The notes under the pieces are model-generated. The model saw only the letters and a list, made by a program, of their open reading frames with translations. It was not told where the DNA came from and made no database searches. Shown here piece after piece: positions 9,504-20,171 of a stretch of 64,000 nt of DNA (position 1 is the stretch's first letter; every line of letters starts with the position of its first letter). The position numbers were made by a program, and so were the translations under genes. The stretch is from positions 2,446 through 66,445 of the forward strand of contig NZ_JADMKB010000114.1 of the NCBI RefSeq assembly GCF_018780075.1, given 5' to 3'. This DNA comes from Hydrogenophaga sp. (GTDB lineage Bacteria > Pseudomonadota > Gammaproteobacteria > Burkholderiales > Burkholderiaceae_C).

Positions 9504-9513
9504 GACAAACACC

Positions 9514-10877
<1,364 letters not shown>

Positions 10878-10881
<4 letters not shown>

Positions 10882-11750
10882 TGAGGTCTCCAGTTGTGGG
10901 TTTCGGCATGACCACCGACCTGATCCACGCACCAGGCGTAGAAGGCGTCGTACACCGGCATCATGGCTTCCAGCATGGCGTGGTCGTTGTCGGCGTGCCG
11001 TCGCGACATGCCCAGCGACACCGCCAGCAAACCCGCAGCGGGCGCGGCCAGGTCCAGCCGGTCGGTGTCGGCCCCGCGCACGATACCGGCCAACAGGTCC
11101 AGCGCAGGCAGGCTCAGGCCGAACGCGTCCAGCAAGGTGTCGAAGCTGCAGCGCTCGCCCTCGTGCGAGATCGGCGCCCCGGGGATGTCGAAAGCCACGG
11201 CCTGGCGCTGCCCGGCCCGTTTCAGCACCTCGGCGGTGGGCACATAGAAGAACGTGGCCTCTCGGTCGATGAAACGGCGGACCAGCCAGGGGCAGGCGAT
11301 GCGGTCGATCTTGGGGCGCTCCCGTGTGATCCACCGGGAGCCGCCGGCACCGGTGACGCCCAGGTCGGGGCGCTTGCGCATCAGCGGCACCGGCAATGCA
11401 CCCAGCGCCTGCAGCAGCTCAGGGCTGTCCACGCCAGGCTCGCCGCCCTCGATGCCGCCCAGCAGGTAGCGCGCATCCCAGCCCGCGTCGCGCAACCGGG
11501 CGGCGGCACGCTGGCTGACCTCGTGGCCGTGCACGCAGCACACGACGGCCGCTTGCGGGGGACGGTCGCCCAGCCAGGCGCCCAGGTTGTCAGGGGCCAC
11601 GTGCAACGCCAAAGGCAACAGTGACGGGCTCAAGTCAAAGCGCTCGGTGCGGCGCACATCCAGGATCAGGGGGGTGTCGGGCTGGCCCAGGAGCGCCGCG
11701 AAGGCGCTGGGGCTGATGGCGTGGTTCGGATTCAATTCAACGGTTTCCAT
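10878..11750 (-). CDS. Rhodanese-domain / ChrB C-terminal-domain chromate resistance protein
   Basis: N-terminal rhodanese-like fold (LILDVRR...VVCCVHGHEVS). The C-terminal part (RPKIDRIACPWLVRRFID...) resembles the ChrB C-domain. Coupled to chrA. Confidence 0.8.
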
Positions 11751-11854
11751 GGTTGGCGCTCCACATCAGGTGGTGGCCAGCACTTGGACGGAAACCGTCT
11801 ATTCCCCAAGGAACTCGGGAGGCTGTGTTCCCGATGGAAGGATGCTATCCGATC

Positions 11855-13324
11855 TCAGGCCGTGCCACCAACGGTCAGGCCGTCGATGCGCAGCGTCGGC
11901 TGGCCCACGCCCACGGGCACGCTCTGGCCTTCCTTGCCACAGGTGCCCACGCCGCTGTCCAGCCGCATGTCGTTGCCGATCATGCTGATTTTTTTGAGCG
12001 ACTCGGGGCCGCTGCCCACCAGCGTGGCGCCCTTGACGGGGTACTGGATCTTCCCGTTCTCGACCCAGTAGGCCTGGCTGGCCGAAAACACGAACTTGCC
12101 GCTGGTGATGTCGACCTGGCCGCCGCCGAAGTTGGTGGCGTACAGCCCCTTCTTCATGCTGGCCACGATTTCATCGGCACTCTTGTCGCCGCCCAGCATG
12201 TAGGTGTTGGTCATGCGCGGCATCGGCACGTGCGCGTAGCTCTCGCGACGGCCGTTGCCGGTGGGCTTGACGCCCATCAGGCGCGCGTTCATGGCGTCCT
12301 GGATGTAGCCACGCAGGATGCCGTCTTCGATCAGCACGTTCTTCTGGGACGTGTGACCTTCGTCATCGACGTTGAGCGAGCCACGGCGGTCGGCGATGGT
12401 GCCATCGTCGAGCACGGTCACACCCTTGGCCGCCACGCGCTGGCCGATGCGGCCGGCGAACGCGCTGGAGCCCTTGCGGTTGAAGTCACCTTCCAGGCCA
12501 TGGCCCACCGCTTCGTGCAGCAGGATGCCGGGCCAGCCCGGGCCGAGCACCACGGTCATCTCGCCGGCGGGCGCGGGGCGGGCGTCGAGGTTGGTCAGGG
12601 CCGACGACACGGCTTCGTCCACGTAGGACTGCACCATGGCGTCGTCAAAATAAGCGAGCCCGAAACGCCCACCGCCACCGGAACTGCCCACCTCGCGGCG
12701 GCCATTCTGCTCGGCGATCACCGTGACCGACAGGCGGATCAGCGGCCGCACGTCGGCGGCCAGGGTGCCGTCGGCGCGGGCAATCAGCACCACGTCGTGT
12801 TCGGCGGCCAGACCGGCCATGACCTGCACCACGCGCGGGTCTTTGGCCTTGGCGAGCTTTTCCACCTTTTCCAGCAGCGCCACCTTGGCGGTGCTGTCGA
12901 GGGTGGCGATCGGGTCCAGACCGGGATAGAGCGAGCGCGACTTCGACACCTTCGCCGCCGGGCTGCGGACCTTGCGGCTCTGGCCCTGGCCGGAAATGGA
13001 GCGCACGGTGCGGGCCGCGTCGATCAGCGAGTCCCAGGACAGGTCGTCCGAGTAGGCAAAGGCGGTCTTCTCGCCGCTGACGGCGCGCACGCCGACGCCC
13101 TGGTCGATGCTGAAGCTGCCGGTCTTGACGATGCCCTCTTCCAGGCTCCAGCCCTCGCTGCGCGTGGTCTGGAAATAGAGGTCGGCGTCGTCGACGCCGT
13201 GCGACATGATTTCACCCAGCGCCTTGTGCAGCAGGGAGGTGTTCAGTCCGTAGGGCGTGAGCAGCAGGTTTTCGGCGGTGGCCAGTCGGGCAAGGGTGGG
13301 TTCGCGAGCAATCATGGGGGCCAT
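11855..13324 (-). CDS. tldD: Metalloprotease TldD
   Basis: HEAVGHGLEGD motif. 489 aa from ATG 13324 (MAPMIAREPTLARL...). The upstream part of ORF 11855-14221 is a spurious extension. Confidence 0.93.
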   Translation of the reverse strand: MAPMIAREPTLARLATAENLLLTPYGLNTSLLHKALGEIMSHGVDDADLYFQTTRSEGWSLEEGIVKTGSFSIDQGVGVRAVSGEKTAFAYSDDLSWDSLIDAARTVRSISGQGQSRKVRSPAAKVSKSRSLYPGLDPIATLDSTAKVALLEKVEKLAKAKDPRVVQVMAGLAAEHDVVLIARADGTLAADVRPLIRLSVTVIAEQNGRREVGSSGGGGRFGLAYFDDAMVQSYVDEAVSSALTNLDARPAPAGEMTVVLGPGWPGILLHEAVGHGLEGDFNRKGSSAFAGRIGQRVAAKGVTVLDDGTIADRRGSLNVDDEGHTSQKNVLIEDGILRGYIQDAMNARLMGVKPTGNGRRESYAHVPMPRMTNTYMLGGDKSADEIVASMKKGLYATNFGGGQVDITSGKFVFSASQAYWVENGKIQYPVKGATLVGSGPESLKKISMIGNDMRLDSGVGTCGKEGQSVPVGVGQPTLRIDGLTVGGTA

Positions 13325-13395
13325 TGTATGAAGGGTGGGGTCCACGCGCTGGGCGCGTGGTCTTGGTGGCCGGGGAGCCGGGCGCGGCGCGCGGA

Positions 13396-14355
13396 TCAGC
13401 GGCCGGTCTGCCGCAGCAGGGGCAGCAAGACAGCGTCGTCCAGATCGGCCATGCCTGCCGCGTGGGCCTGGGCAAAAACACCGGCCGCCGAGGCGCCCAG
13501 CGGGCCGTGGAACCCGGCCGCGCGGGCCGCCGCCACCGCAAGCCGGGTGTCTTTTTCGAGCAGGGTCACGTGGGCGCGCGGTGCGAGGTCGCCCGCGATC
13601 GCCCGGCGCATGCGGTCGGAACCGATCCAGCTCTGGCCACTGGATTGTTCGATCACGTCCAGCGTCGTGCCCAGGTCCAGCCCCAGGCGGTCGGCCAGCG
13701 CCAGCACCTCGGCCGCCCCCACCAGGTTGATGCCCGCCAGCAGGTTGTTGACCAGCTTGGTGCGCGCGCCGTCGCCCACGCGCTCGCCGAGGCGAAACAC
13801 CTTCGACGACAGCGCGTCCAGCAGGGCGGCGTGGCGCGCCAGCAGCGCCGTGGGCGCGGCCACCATCAGGCTCATGCTGCCGTCGCGTGCCCTGGCCGGG
13901 CCGCCGGACATCGGGGCATCGATGCAGCCGATGCCCCGCTCGGCAAGGGCGGCGGCCAGCGCTTCGGTGTCCTGTGGGGCGATGGTGGGGCACAGCATCA
14001 CCGCTTGGCCGGGTTGCAGCACCGGGCCCGCGCCGTGCTCGCTGAACAACACCTGTTGCGACTGGCTGGCATCGACCACGCAGACGATCAGCACGCCGTC
14101 CGCCGAGAGTGCGCGCGCGGCGGTCTCGGGCGTGTCGGCGAGATGGGCACCGGCCTCCAGCGCCTGCTGCTGACGCGAGGGTTCGATGTCGCAGACCACC
14201 ACGGTCCAACCCAGCTCGCACAGCCGCGCGACCATCGCGCCGCCCATGTTGCCGGCGCCGATCACCGCAACCTGGACCGCAGGCAGCGACCCGAGCAGCG
14301 GTGGAGCCACGGATTCACCCCGCAGGGAGGAAGACACTTGGGGGCCCGATGTCAT
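13396..14355 (-). CDS. NAD(P)-dependent beta-hydroxyacid (3-hydroxyisobutyrate-type) dehydrogenase family oxidoreductase
   Basis: Rossmann motif VAVIGAGNMGGAM. ATG 14355 forms an ATGA overlap with the rodA stop. Confidence 0.85.
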   Translation of the reverse strand: MTSGPQVSSSLRGESVAPPLLGSLPAVQVAVIGAGNMGGAMVARLCELGWTVVVCDIEPSRQQQALEAGAHLADTPETAARALSADGVLIVCVVDASQSQQVLFSEHGAGPVLQPGQAVMLCPTIAPQDTEALAAALAERGIGCIDAPMSGGPARARDGSMSLMVAAPTALLARHAALLDALSSKVFRLGERVGDGARTKLVNNLLAGINLVGAAEVLALADRLGLDLGTTLDVIEQSSGQSWIGSDRMRRAIAGDLAPRAHVTLLEKDTRLAVAAARAAGFHGPLGASAAGVFAQAHAAGMADLDDAVLLPLLRQTGR

Positions 14356-15512
14356 GACTGCATCAGCCGCTTGGACTTGGCGATGGACATCAGGATGCCC
14401 AACCCCACGCCCATGGTCACCATGGCGGTGCCGCCGTAGCTGACGAACGGCAGTGGAACGCCCACCACCGGCAGGATGCCGCTGACCATGCCCATGTTCA
14501 CGAAGGCGTAGACAAAGATGTTGAGCGTCATGGCCCCGGCGAGCAGGCGGGCAAACAGGGTCGGCGCCTCCAGCGCAATCGTCAGCCCGCGCACGATGAG
14601 GAAGATGAACGCCAGCATCAGCGCGAGCGTGCCGACCAGCCCGAACTCTTCGGAAAAAGCGGCGTAGATGAAGTCGGTGGTGCGCTCGGGAATGAACTCC
14701 AGGTGGGTCTGCGTGCCCTGCATGAAGCCCTTGCCCCAGACCCCGCCGGAGCCGATGGCGATCATGCCCTGGATGATGTGGAAACCCTTGCCGAGCGGGT
14801 CCTTGGACGGATCGAGCAGCGTGCAGATGCGCTGGCGCTGGTACTCGTGCAGCACCTTCCAGTCCACATCGGGCGCGCACCATTGCGGCTCCATCGCGAT
14901 CAGCACCACGACACCGACCACTGCGATCAGCACCGGCGGAATGATGAGCTTCCAGCTCAGTCCGGCGAAAAAGATCACCGCCAGGCCCGAGGCCAACACC
15001 AGCAGGGTCGTGCCCAGATCGGGCTGCTTGAGGATGAGCGCCGCCGGCACCGCCAGCAACAGCGCCGCCACCGCGAAGTCCAGCGGCGACAACTGTCCCT
15101 CCCGGCGCTGGAACCACCAGGCCAGCATCAGCGGCATGGCGATCTTCATCAGTTCGCTGGGCTGGATCACGACACCCACGTTGAGCCAGCGCTGCGCGCC
15201 CTTCTTCTGGATGCCGAAAAGAAACACCGCGGTCAGCAGCACCACCCCGAGGGTGTAGGTGGGCACCGCCAGCGCCATCAGCCGCTGCGGCGGCACCTGG
15301 GCCACGAAGAACAGGACGAAGGCGGCCAGCATCATGTTGCGGCCGTGGTTGACGAACCGCGTGCCGTGGTCAAAGCCGACCGAGTACATGGTCATCAGGC
15401 CCGCGCCCGCCAGGATCAGCACGGCCAGCGCGAGCAGCCCGTCGAACCCCTGAAAGATCGGGGTGATGCGTTGCAACAGGGTGGGTTTGTCGAATACGGC
15501 GGCCATGAGCAT
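14352..15512 (-). CDS. rodA: SEDS peptidoglycan polymerase RodA
   Basis: GAQRWL..QPSELMKI, LDPSKDPLGKGFHIIQGMIAIGSGG, PERTTDFI, GILPVVGVPLPFVSYGG. ATG 15512 has AAGGA 8 nt upstream. Confidence 0.92.
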   Translation of the reverse strand: MLMAAVFDKPTLLQRITPIFQGFDGLLALAVLILAGAGLMTMYSVGFDHGTRFVNHGRNMMLAAFVLFFVAQVPPQRLMALAVPTYTLGVVLLTAVFLFGIQKKGAQRWLNVGVVIQPSELMKIAMPLMLAWWFQRREGQLSPLDFAVAALLLAVPAALILKQPDLGTTLLVLASGLAVIFFAGLSWKLIIPPVLIAVVGVVVLIAMEPQWCAPDVDWKVLHEYQRQRICTLLDPSKDPLGKGFHIIQGMIAIGSGGVWGKGFMQGTQTHLEFIPERTTDFIYAAFSEEFGLVGTLALMLAFIFLIVRGLTIALEAPTLFARLLAGAMTLNIFVYAFVNMGMVSGILPVVGVPLPFVSYGGTAMVTMGVGLGILMSIAKSKRLMQS

Positions 15513-15529
15513 CCGATTATCCTTCGCCC

Positions 15530-16162
15530 ATGACCCGTCCGACCACCTCTCCTGCCGCCACCACCCACCTGCTGTACCTGCATGGCTTTCGTTCGTCGCC
15601 CCGGTCGGCCAAGGCGCAGCAGGTCGCGGCGCGGATGGCCGAACAGCACCCGGGCGTGGTCTGGTGCTGTCCGCAACTGCCGCCATCGCCCCGCGAGGCC
15701 GCGCGGGGGCTGCAGCAACTGGTCGCCGGCTGGCCGCGCCAGGGCATGGCGGTGGTCGGCTCTTCGCTGGGCGGGTTCTATGCGCGCTGGCTGGCGCTGC
15801 AGACGGGTTGCCGGGCCGCCCTGCTCAACCCGGCGGCGTTTCCGCAGCGTGATCTGGCGCGCCACATCGGCGAGCACAGCGCCTGGCACGATCCCGAACA
15901 GCGTTTCTATTTCCAGCCAGAGTTCGTGGACGAGCTGTCGGCGCTGGCGGACGACATCACCCGCCTGCGCCCCCTGTCGCCGACCACGCCGCAGAACCTG
16001 TATGCCATCGTCTCGCGGGACGACGAGGTGCTTGACTGGCGCGAGATGCTCGATTTCTGCGCCGGCGGTGATGTGAAGCTGCTGCCGGGCGGCGATCACG
16101 CGATCAGTGATTTTGACCAGCACATCGACGGGCTGTTCCGTTTCCTCTTCCCCGCAGGCTGA
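15530..16162 (+). CDS. YqiA/UPF0227-type alpha/beta-fold esterase
   Basis: LLYLHGFRSSP and the nucleophile elbow GSSLGG. 210 aa. Confidence 0.8.
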   Translation: MTRPTTSPAATTHLLYLHGFRSSPRSAKAQQVAARMAEQHPGVVWCCPQLPPSPREAARGLQQLVAGWPRQGMAVVGSSLGGFYARWLALQTGCRAALLNPAAFPQRDLARHIGEHSAWHDPEQRFYFQPEFVDELSALADDITRLRPLSPTTPQNLYAIVSRDDEVLDWREMLDFCAGGDVKLLPGGDHAISDFDQHIDGLFRFLFPAG

Positions 16163-16201
16163 AACCCGGGGCGCCCTGCCCCGCATGGGACAATCCCGCC
16201 C

Positions 16202-18256
16202 ATGCACATCCTGTTTGATGAAGCCGGCAAATTGATGACCGGTCGCCTCATGTCCGAGGCGGAAAGCTCCATGCAAGTGGAGCTGGACACCGGCAAACGC
16301 CTCAAGGTCAAAGCCGCGAACGCCCTGCTTCGTTTTGAAAAGCCCGCCCCGGCCCAGCTGATGCCCGCCGCCACCGCGCTGGCCGGGACCATGGAGCTGG
16401 AGCTGGCCTACGAATTTGCCGCCGAAGACGAGTTCGGCTTCGCCGACCTGGCCCGCGAGTACTTCAGCGCCAACGCCACCACCGAACAGCAGGTCGCGAC
16501 CCTGATCTGCCTGCAGGGCGCGCCACACTACTTCCGCCGCGCCGGCAAGGGCCGCTACAAGAAGGCGCCGGCCGAGATCCTGGCCCAGGCGCTGGCCGCG
16601 ATCGAGAAGAAGAAACAGGTGCAGGCACAGATCGACGCCTGGGCCGCCGAACTGGTGGCCGGCAGCTGCCCGCCGCCCGTGCGCCAGCAGCTCTACAAGA
16701 TCCTGTTCAAGCCCGACAAGAACGCGCCCGAGTACAAGGCCGTGGTCGAGGCCGCGCGCAACAGCCACACCGCACCGCTGCCCTTGCTGCAAAAAGCCGG
16801 CGCCATCACCAGCGCGTACCAGTTCCACTGGCAGCGCTTCCTGTTCGACCAGTTCCCCAAGGGCACGGGTTTCCCGGCGCTGCAGGCGCCGGTGATCGCC
16901 GACGAGCTGCCGCTGGCCGCCGTGCAGGCCTTTTCCATCGACGACTCGCAGACCACCGAGATCGACGACGCGCTCTCGCTGCAGGGCCTGGGCTCGGGCA
17001 CCTTCACCTTGGGCATCCACATCGCCGCACCCGGCCTGGCCGTGCTGCCCGATGGCGCCATCGACCAGGTGGCGCGCCAGCGCCTGTCCACGGTCTACAT
17101 GCCGGGCCACAAGATCACCATGCTGCCCGATGAGGTGGTGCAGGCCTACACCCTGATGGCCGGGCGCGACTGCCCCGCCGTGTCGCTCTACGTCACGTTC
17201 GACGAAACCACGCTGGAGCAGAAGGACAGCCGCACCGCGCTGGAACGCGTGCCGATCGCGCTGAACCTGCGCCACGACCAGCTGGACACCGTGATCACCG
17301 AAGACTGGCTGGCCGACGGTGCCGCCGCAGACGGTGCAGCCCCCGAGATCGCCGCGCTGCAGCCCACGCTGGCCCTCATCTTCCGCCTCGCCCGCCACCT
17401 CAAGGCGCAGCGCGAGGTGGTGCGAGGCAAGCCGGAAAACTTCAACCGGCCCGACTACACCTTCAAGCTCGAGGGCGTGGGCGGCGCCGAGCCCGACGGC
17501 AGCGAGACGGTGGTCATCGGCACGCGGCAGCGCGGCGCACCGCTCGACCTGATGGTGGCCGAGGCCATGATCCTGGCCAACAGCAGCTGGGGCCAGTGGC
17601 TCGCCGAGTGCGGTGTGCCCGGCATCTACCGCAGCCAGGCCAGCCTCGCGCCCGGCGTGAAGGTGCGCATGGGCACCAAGGCCCAGCCGCACGCCGGCAT
17701 TGGCGTCAAGAGCTACGCCTGGAGCACCTCGCCCCTGCGCCGCTACGTGGACATGGTCAACCAGTGGCAGATCATTGCCTGCGCCCGCCACGGCAAGACC
17801 GCCGCGCTCGCCGCGCCGTTCAAACCCAAGGACGCGAACCTGTTTGCCGTGATCAGCGGCTTCGATGCGGCCTACACCGCCTACAACGGTTTCCAGAACG
17901 GCATGGAACGTTTCTGGACGCTCAAGCATTTGGGGCAGGCGGGCATCACCGAGCTGACCGCCACGCTGATCAAAGACAACCTGGTGCGCGCCGACCAGCT
18001 GCCGCTGGTGCTGCCGGTGATGGGCGCCGAGGGCCTGCCGCGCGGTGCCCACGTGCGCGTGCGCCTGGGCGCCGTGGACGAGATGGCGCTGGACGTGTCG
18101 GGCACGGTGATCGAGCGCCTGGACCTGCCGGTGGACAACGTGGACGACGGTGCCGAGGCCGAAGACGGCGAAGAAGACGCGCTGGCGACGCCGCTGGCGC
18201 TGGCCATCGACGTGAACGAGGCCGACGCACCGGCCGCCGACACGGCCGCACCCTGA
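16202..18256 (+). CDS. RNB-domain exoribonuclease (RNase II family)
   Basis: FSIDDSQTTEIDDALS and SPLRRYVDMVNQWQ, the RNB catalytic motifs. 684 aa. Confidence 0.85.
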   Translation: MHILFDEAGKLMTGRLMSEAESSMQVELDTGKRLKVKAANALLRFEKPAPAQLMPAATALAGTMELELAYEFAAEDEFGFADLAREYFSANATTEQQVATLICLQGAPHYFRRAGKGRYKKAPAEILAQALAAIEKKKQVQAQIDAWAAELVAGSCPPPVRQQLYKILFKPDKNAPEYKAVVEAARNSHTAPLPLLQKAGAITSAYQFHWQRFLFDQFPKGTGFPALQAPVIADELPLAAVQAFSIDDSQTTEIDDALSLQGLGSGTFTLGIHIAAPGLAVLPDGAIDQVARQRLSTVYMPGHKITMLPDEVVQAYTLMAGRDCPAVSLYVTFDETTLEQKDSRTALERVPIALNLRHDQLDTVITEDWLADGAAADGAAPEIAALQPTLALIFRLARHLKAQREVVRGKPENFNRPDYTFKLEGVGGAEPDGSETVVIGTRQRGAPLDLMVAEAMILANSSWGQWLAECGVPGIYRSQASLAPGVKVRMGTKAQPHAGIGVKSYAWSTSPLRRYVDMVNQWQIIACARHGKTAALAAPFKPKDANLFAVISGFDAAYTAYNGFQNGMERFWTLKHLGQAGITELTATLIKDNLVRADQLPLVLPVMGAEGLPRGAHVRVRLGAVDEMALDVSGTVIERLDLPVDNVDDGAEAEDGEEDALATPLALAIDVNEADAPAADTAAP

Positions 18257-18278
18257 CACAGCACCGATAATCGCCGCC

Positions 18279-19145
18279 GTGAATCCGGTTCTGAAGTTCC
18301 TCCGGCAACGGACCACCCTGCAGCTCGCGCTCGGGGTGTCCGTGGCCGTGCACGCCGCCTTGCTGACCGTGCGTTTCGTCGACCCCGAACGTTTCAACCG
18401 GGTGTTCCAGGACACGCCGCTGGAGGTCATCCTCGTCAACGCCAAGAGCGACGAAAAACCGGAGAAGGCGCGGGCCATCGCGCAGGCCTCGCTGGCCGGT
18501 GGCGGCGATGCCGAAAAAGGCAGGGCCACCTCGCCGCTGCCCCCCGTGACACAGGCCCGGCTGGGGGACACACCGGAAGAAGACGAGCGCATGATCGAAG
18601 CGCTGAAGGAGCGGCAGAACCAGATCCTGGCCCAGGTGCGCCAGCAACTGGCCACCCTGCCCCCGCCCGACCTGCAGGCTGTCAATCCGAGCCCGGACGC
18701 GGCCGAGCGGGAGAAAAAGCGCCAGGCACTGGTGAAGATCCTGGCCGAAATCGAGAAGCGCATCAACGAAGAAAACGCGCGCCCCAAGAAGCGCTACATC
18801 AGCCCGGCCACGCGCGAAGAGGTCTATGCCATTTACTACGACGAGCTGCGCCGCAAGATCGAAGACCGGGGCACCACCAACTTCCCCGAGGCGGCCGGCC
18901 GCAAGCTCTATGGCGAGCTGACCATGGTGATCACGGTGAACCACACCGGCGCGGTGATCGACACCGAAATCGTCCAGACCTCGGGCAACACCACGCTCGA
19001 CCGCCGCGCGCAGTCGATCGTGCGCAGCCTCGGCTTCGGGCGGTTCAACGACAACATGCGCCGGCGCGCCGACCAGATCGTGGTGGTCTCGCGCTTCCGC
19101 TTCACGCGCGACGCCACCTTGCAAACGCAATTGAGTTCGCAGTAG
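18279..19145 (+). CDS. TonB C-terminal-domain protein
   Basis: GTG start and an N-terminal TM helix (LQLALGVSVAVHAALL). The C-terminal region YGELTMVITVNHTGAVIDTEIVQTSGNTTLD resembles the TonB C-terminal domain. Confidence 0.7.
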   Translation: MNPVLKFLRQRTTLQLALGVSVAVHAALLTVRFVDPERFNRVFQDTPLEVILVNAKSDEKPEKARAIAQASLAGGGDAEKGRATSPLPPVTQARLGDTPEEDERMIEALKERQNQILAQVRQQLATLPPPDLQAVNPSPDAAEREKKRQALVKILAEIEKRINEENARPKKRYISPATREEVYAIYYDELRRKIEDRGTTNFPEAAGRKLYGELTMVITVNHTGAVIDTEIVQTSGNTTLDRRAQSIVRSLGFGRFNDNMRRRADQIVVVSRFRFTRDATLQTQLSSQ

Positions 19146-19150
19146 ATGAA

Positions 19151-19240
19151 CACCCCCGCCGCGCTGCGCGCGACCCCCTCAAGGGGGCAACACCAGCGGC
19201 CCGGCGAAGCCGGTTCCGCGGTGTTCTTGGCGGGCTTCCC
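19151..19240 (+). repeat. REP-like three-hairpin repeat, copy A
   Basis: CACCCCCGCCGCGCtgcGCGCGACCCCCtcaaGGGGGcaaCACCAGCGGCCCGGCgaaGCCGGTTCCGCGGTG, immediately after the stop of the TonB-like gene. Confidence 0.8.
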
Positions 19241-19261
19241 CTCTTTCCTCCCGTTCCTTCC

Positions 19262-20050
19262 ATGAGAACTTTCGGCCGCTGGTTGTTGTGGGTGCTGCTG
19301 GCCTGTCTGGGCCTGCAGCTGTTCTTCGTGCTGCGCATCGCGCTGATGGTGGTGGTCGATCCGCAGAGCACGGCGTTCATGCGCTCCGAGGCCTGGCGCA
19401 TCGCGGGACAAAGCATCACCCAGACCGACAAGTCATGGCGCTGGTCGTCGCAGTGGGTGGACTACGCCGAGATCAGCCCCCACCTGAAACGCGCGGTGAT
19501 GGCGTCGGAAGACGCCGGGTTCGTCGAGCACGGCGGCGTGGACTGGGACGCCATCCAGTCCGCCTGGAGCAAGAACGAGCGGCGCCAGGAACTGGTCGAG
19601 AAGCGCACCGAGCAGCTGGAGAAGCGGCTGGCGAAGAAGCCCGAGGCTGTCGAGGCCGCGATCAAGGCCATCAAGCCGCCCAAGATCCTCGGCGGCTCGA
19701 CCATCACCCAGCAGCTCGCCAAGAACCTGCTGCTGTCGGGCGAACGCAACCTGCTGCGCAAAGGCCAGGAGCTGATGCTCACGCTCACGCTCGAGGCGCT
19801 GCTGAGCAAGGAGCGCATCCTGGAGATCTACCTCAACAGCGTCGAATGGGGCGAAGGCGTGTTCGGCGCCGAGGCGGCCGCGCAGCGCTACTTCAAGAAG
19901 CCCGCGTCCAAGCTCAGCCCGCACGAGGCCGCGCGTCTGGCGGTGATGCTGCCCAGCCCCAAATTCTTCGAAACCCGCCCGGGTTCGGCGTACCTGGCGC
20001 GACGCACCAGCACCATCGTCGCCCGCATGGGCGACGTGCAGGCGCCTTGA
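19262..20050 (+). CDS. mtgA: Monofunctional biosynthetic peptidoglycan transglycosylase
   Basis: GT51 motifs ASEDAGFVEHGGVDW and GGSTITQQLAKN. N-terminal TM helix. Confidence 0.92.
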   Translation: MRTFGRWLLWVLLACLGLQLFFVLRIALMVVVDPQSTAFMRSEAWRIAGQSITQTDKSWRWSSQWVDYAEISPHLKRAVMASEDAGFVEHGGVDWDAIQSAWSKNERRQELVEKRTEQLEKRLAKKPEAVEAAIKAIKPPKILGGSTITQQLAKNLLLSGERNLLRKGQELMLTLTLEALLSKERILEIYLNSVEWGEGVFGAEAAAQRYFKKPASKLSPHEAARLAVMLPSPKFFETRPGSAYLARRTSTIVARMGDVQAP

Positions 20051-20056
20051 GCATGG

Positions 20057-20140
20057 TCCCCCCTGTGCCGCTTCGCGGCTTCCCCCCAGGGGGACGACAC
20101 CAGCGGCCGGGCCAAGCCCGTTCCGCGGTGTCTCTGGGTT
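20057..20140 (+). repeat. REP-like repeat, copy B
   Basis: TCCCCCCTGTGCCGCttcGCGGCTTCCCCCCaGGGGGAcgaCACCAGCGGCCGGGCcaaGCCCGTTCCGCGGTG, directly after the mtgA stop. Confidence 0.8.
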
Positions 20141-20171
20141 TGGGCATCGCGCTCGTGGCCTGGACAGCCCC

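Larger units (their letters stand above)
9304..9513 (-). promoter_or_regulatory. Leader-peptide transcription attenuator of the DAHP synthase gene
   Basis: Helix 1:2 is TCCGCC (9464-9459) with GGCGGA (9422-9417). Helix 2:3 (antiterminator) is CCCGGCGG (9425-9418) with CCGCCGGG (9372-9365), extended by GAGAGG (9415-9410) with CCTCCC (9382-9377). Helix 3:4 is the terminator. The aromatic codon run lies at 9455-9432. Confidence 0.7.

Noticed and set aside
15416-18787. 1123-aa ORF on the minus strand, plus similar giants at 4546-6357(-), 11753-14173(+), 54753-56969(-), 57011-59563(-), 59600-61888(-), 7798-9444(+) and 44174-45631(+).
   Set aside because: All are antisense or out of frame relative to genes with clear family motifs. 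Their translations are Arg/Gly/Ala/His/Pro-rich low-complexity strings without motifs. Long stop-free antisense frames are expected in DNA of about two-thirds G+C.
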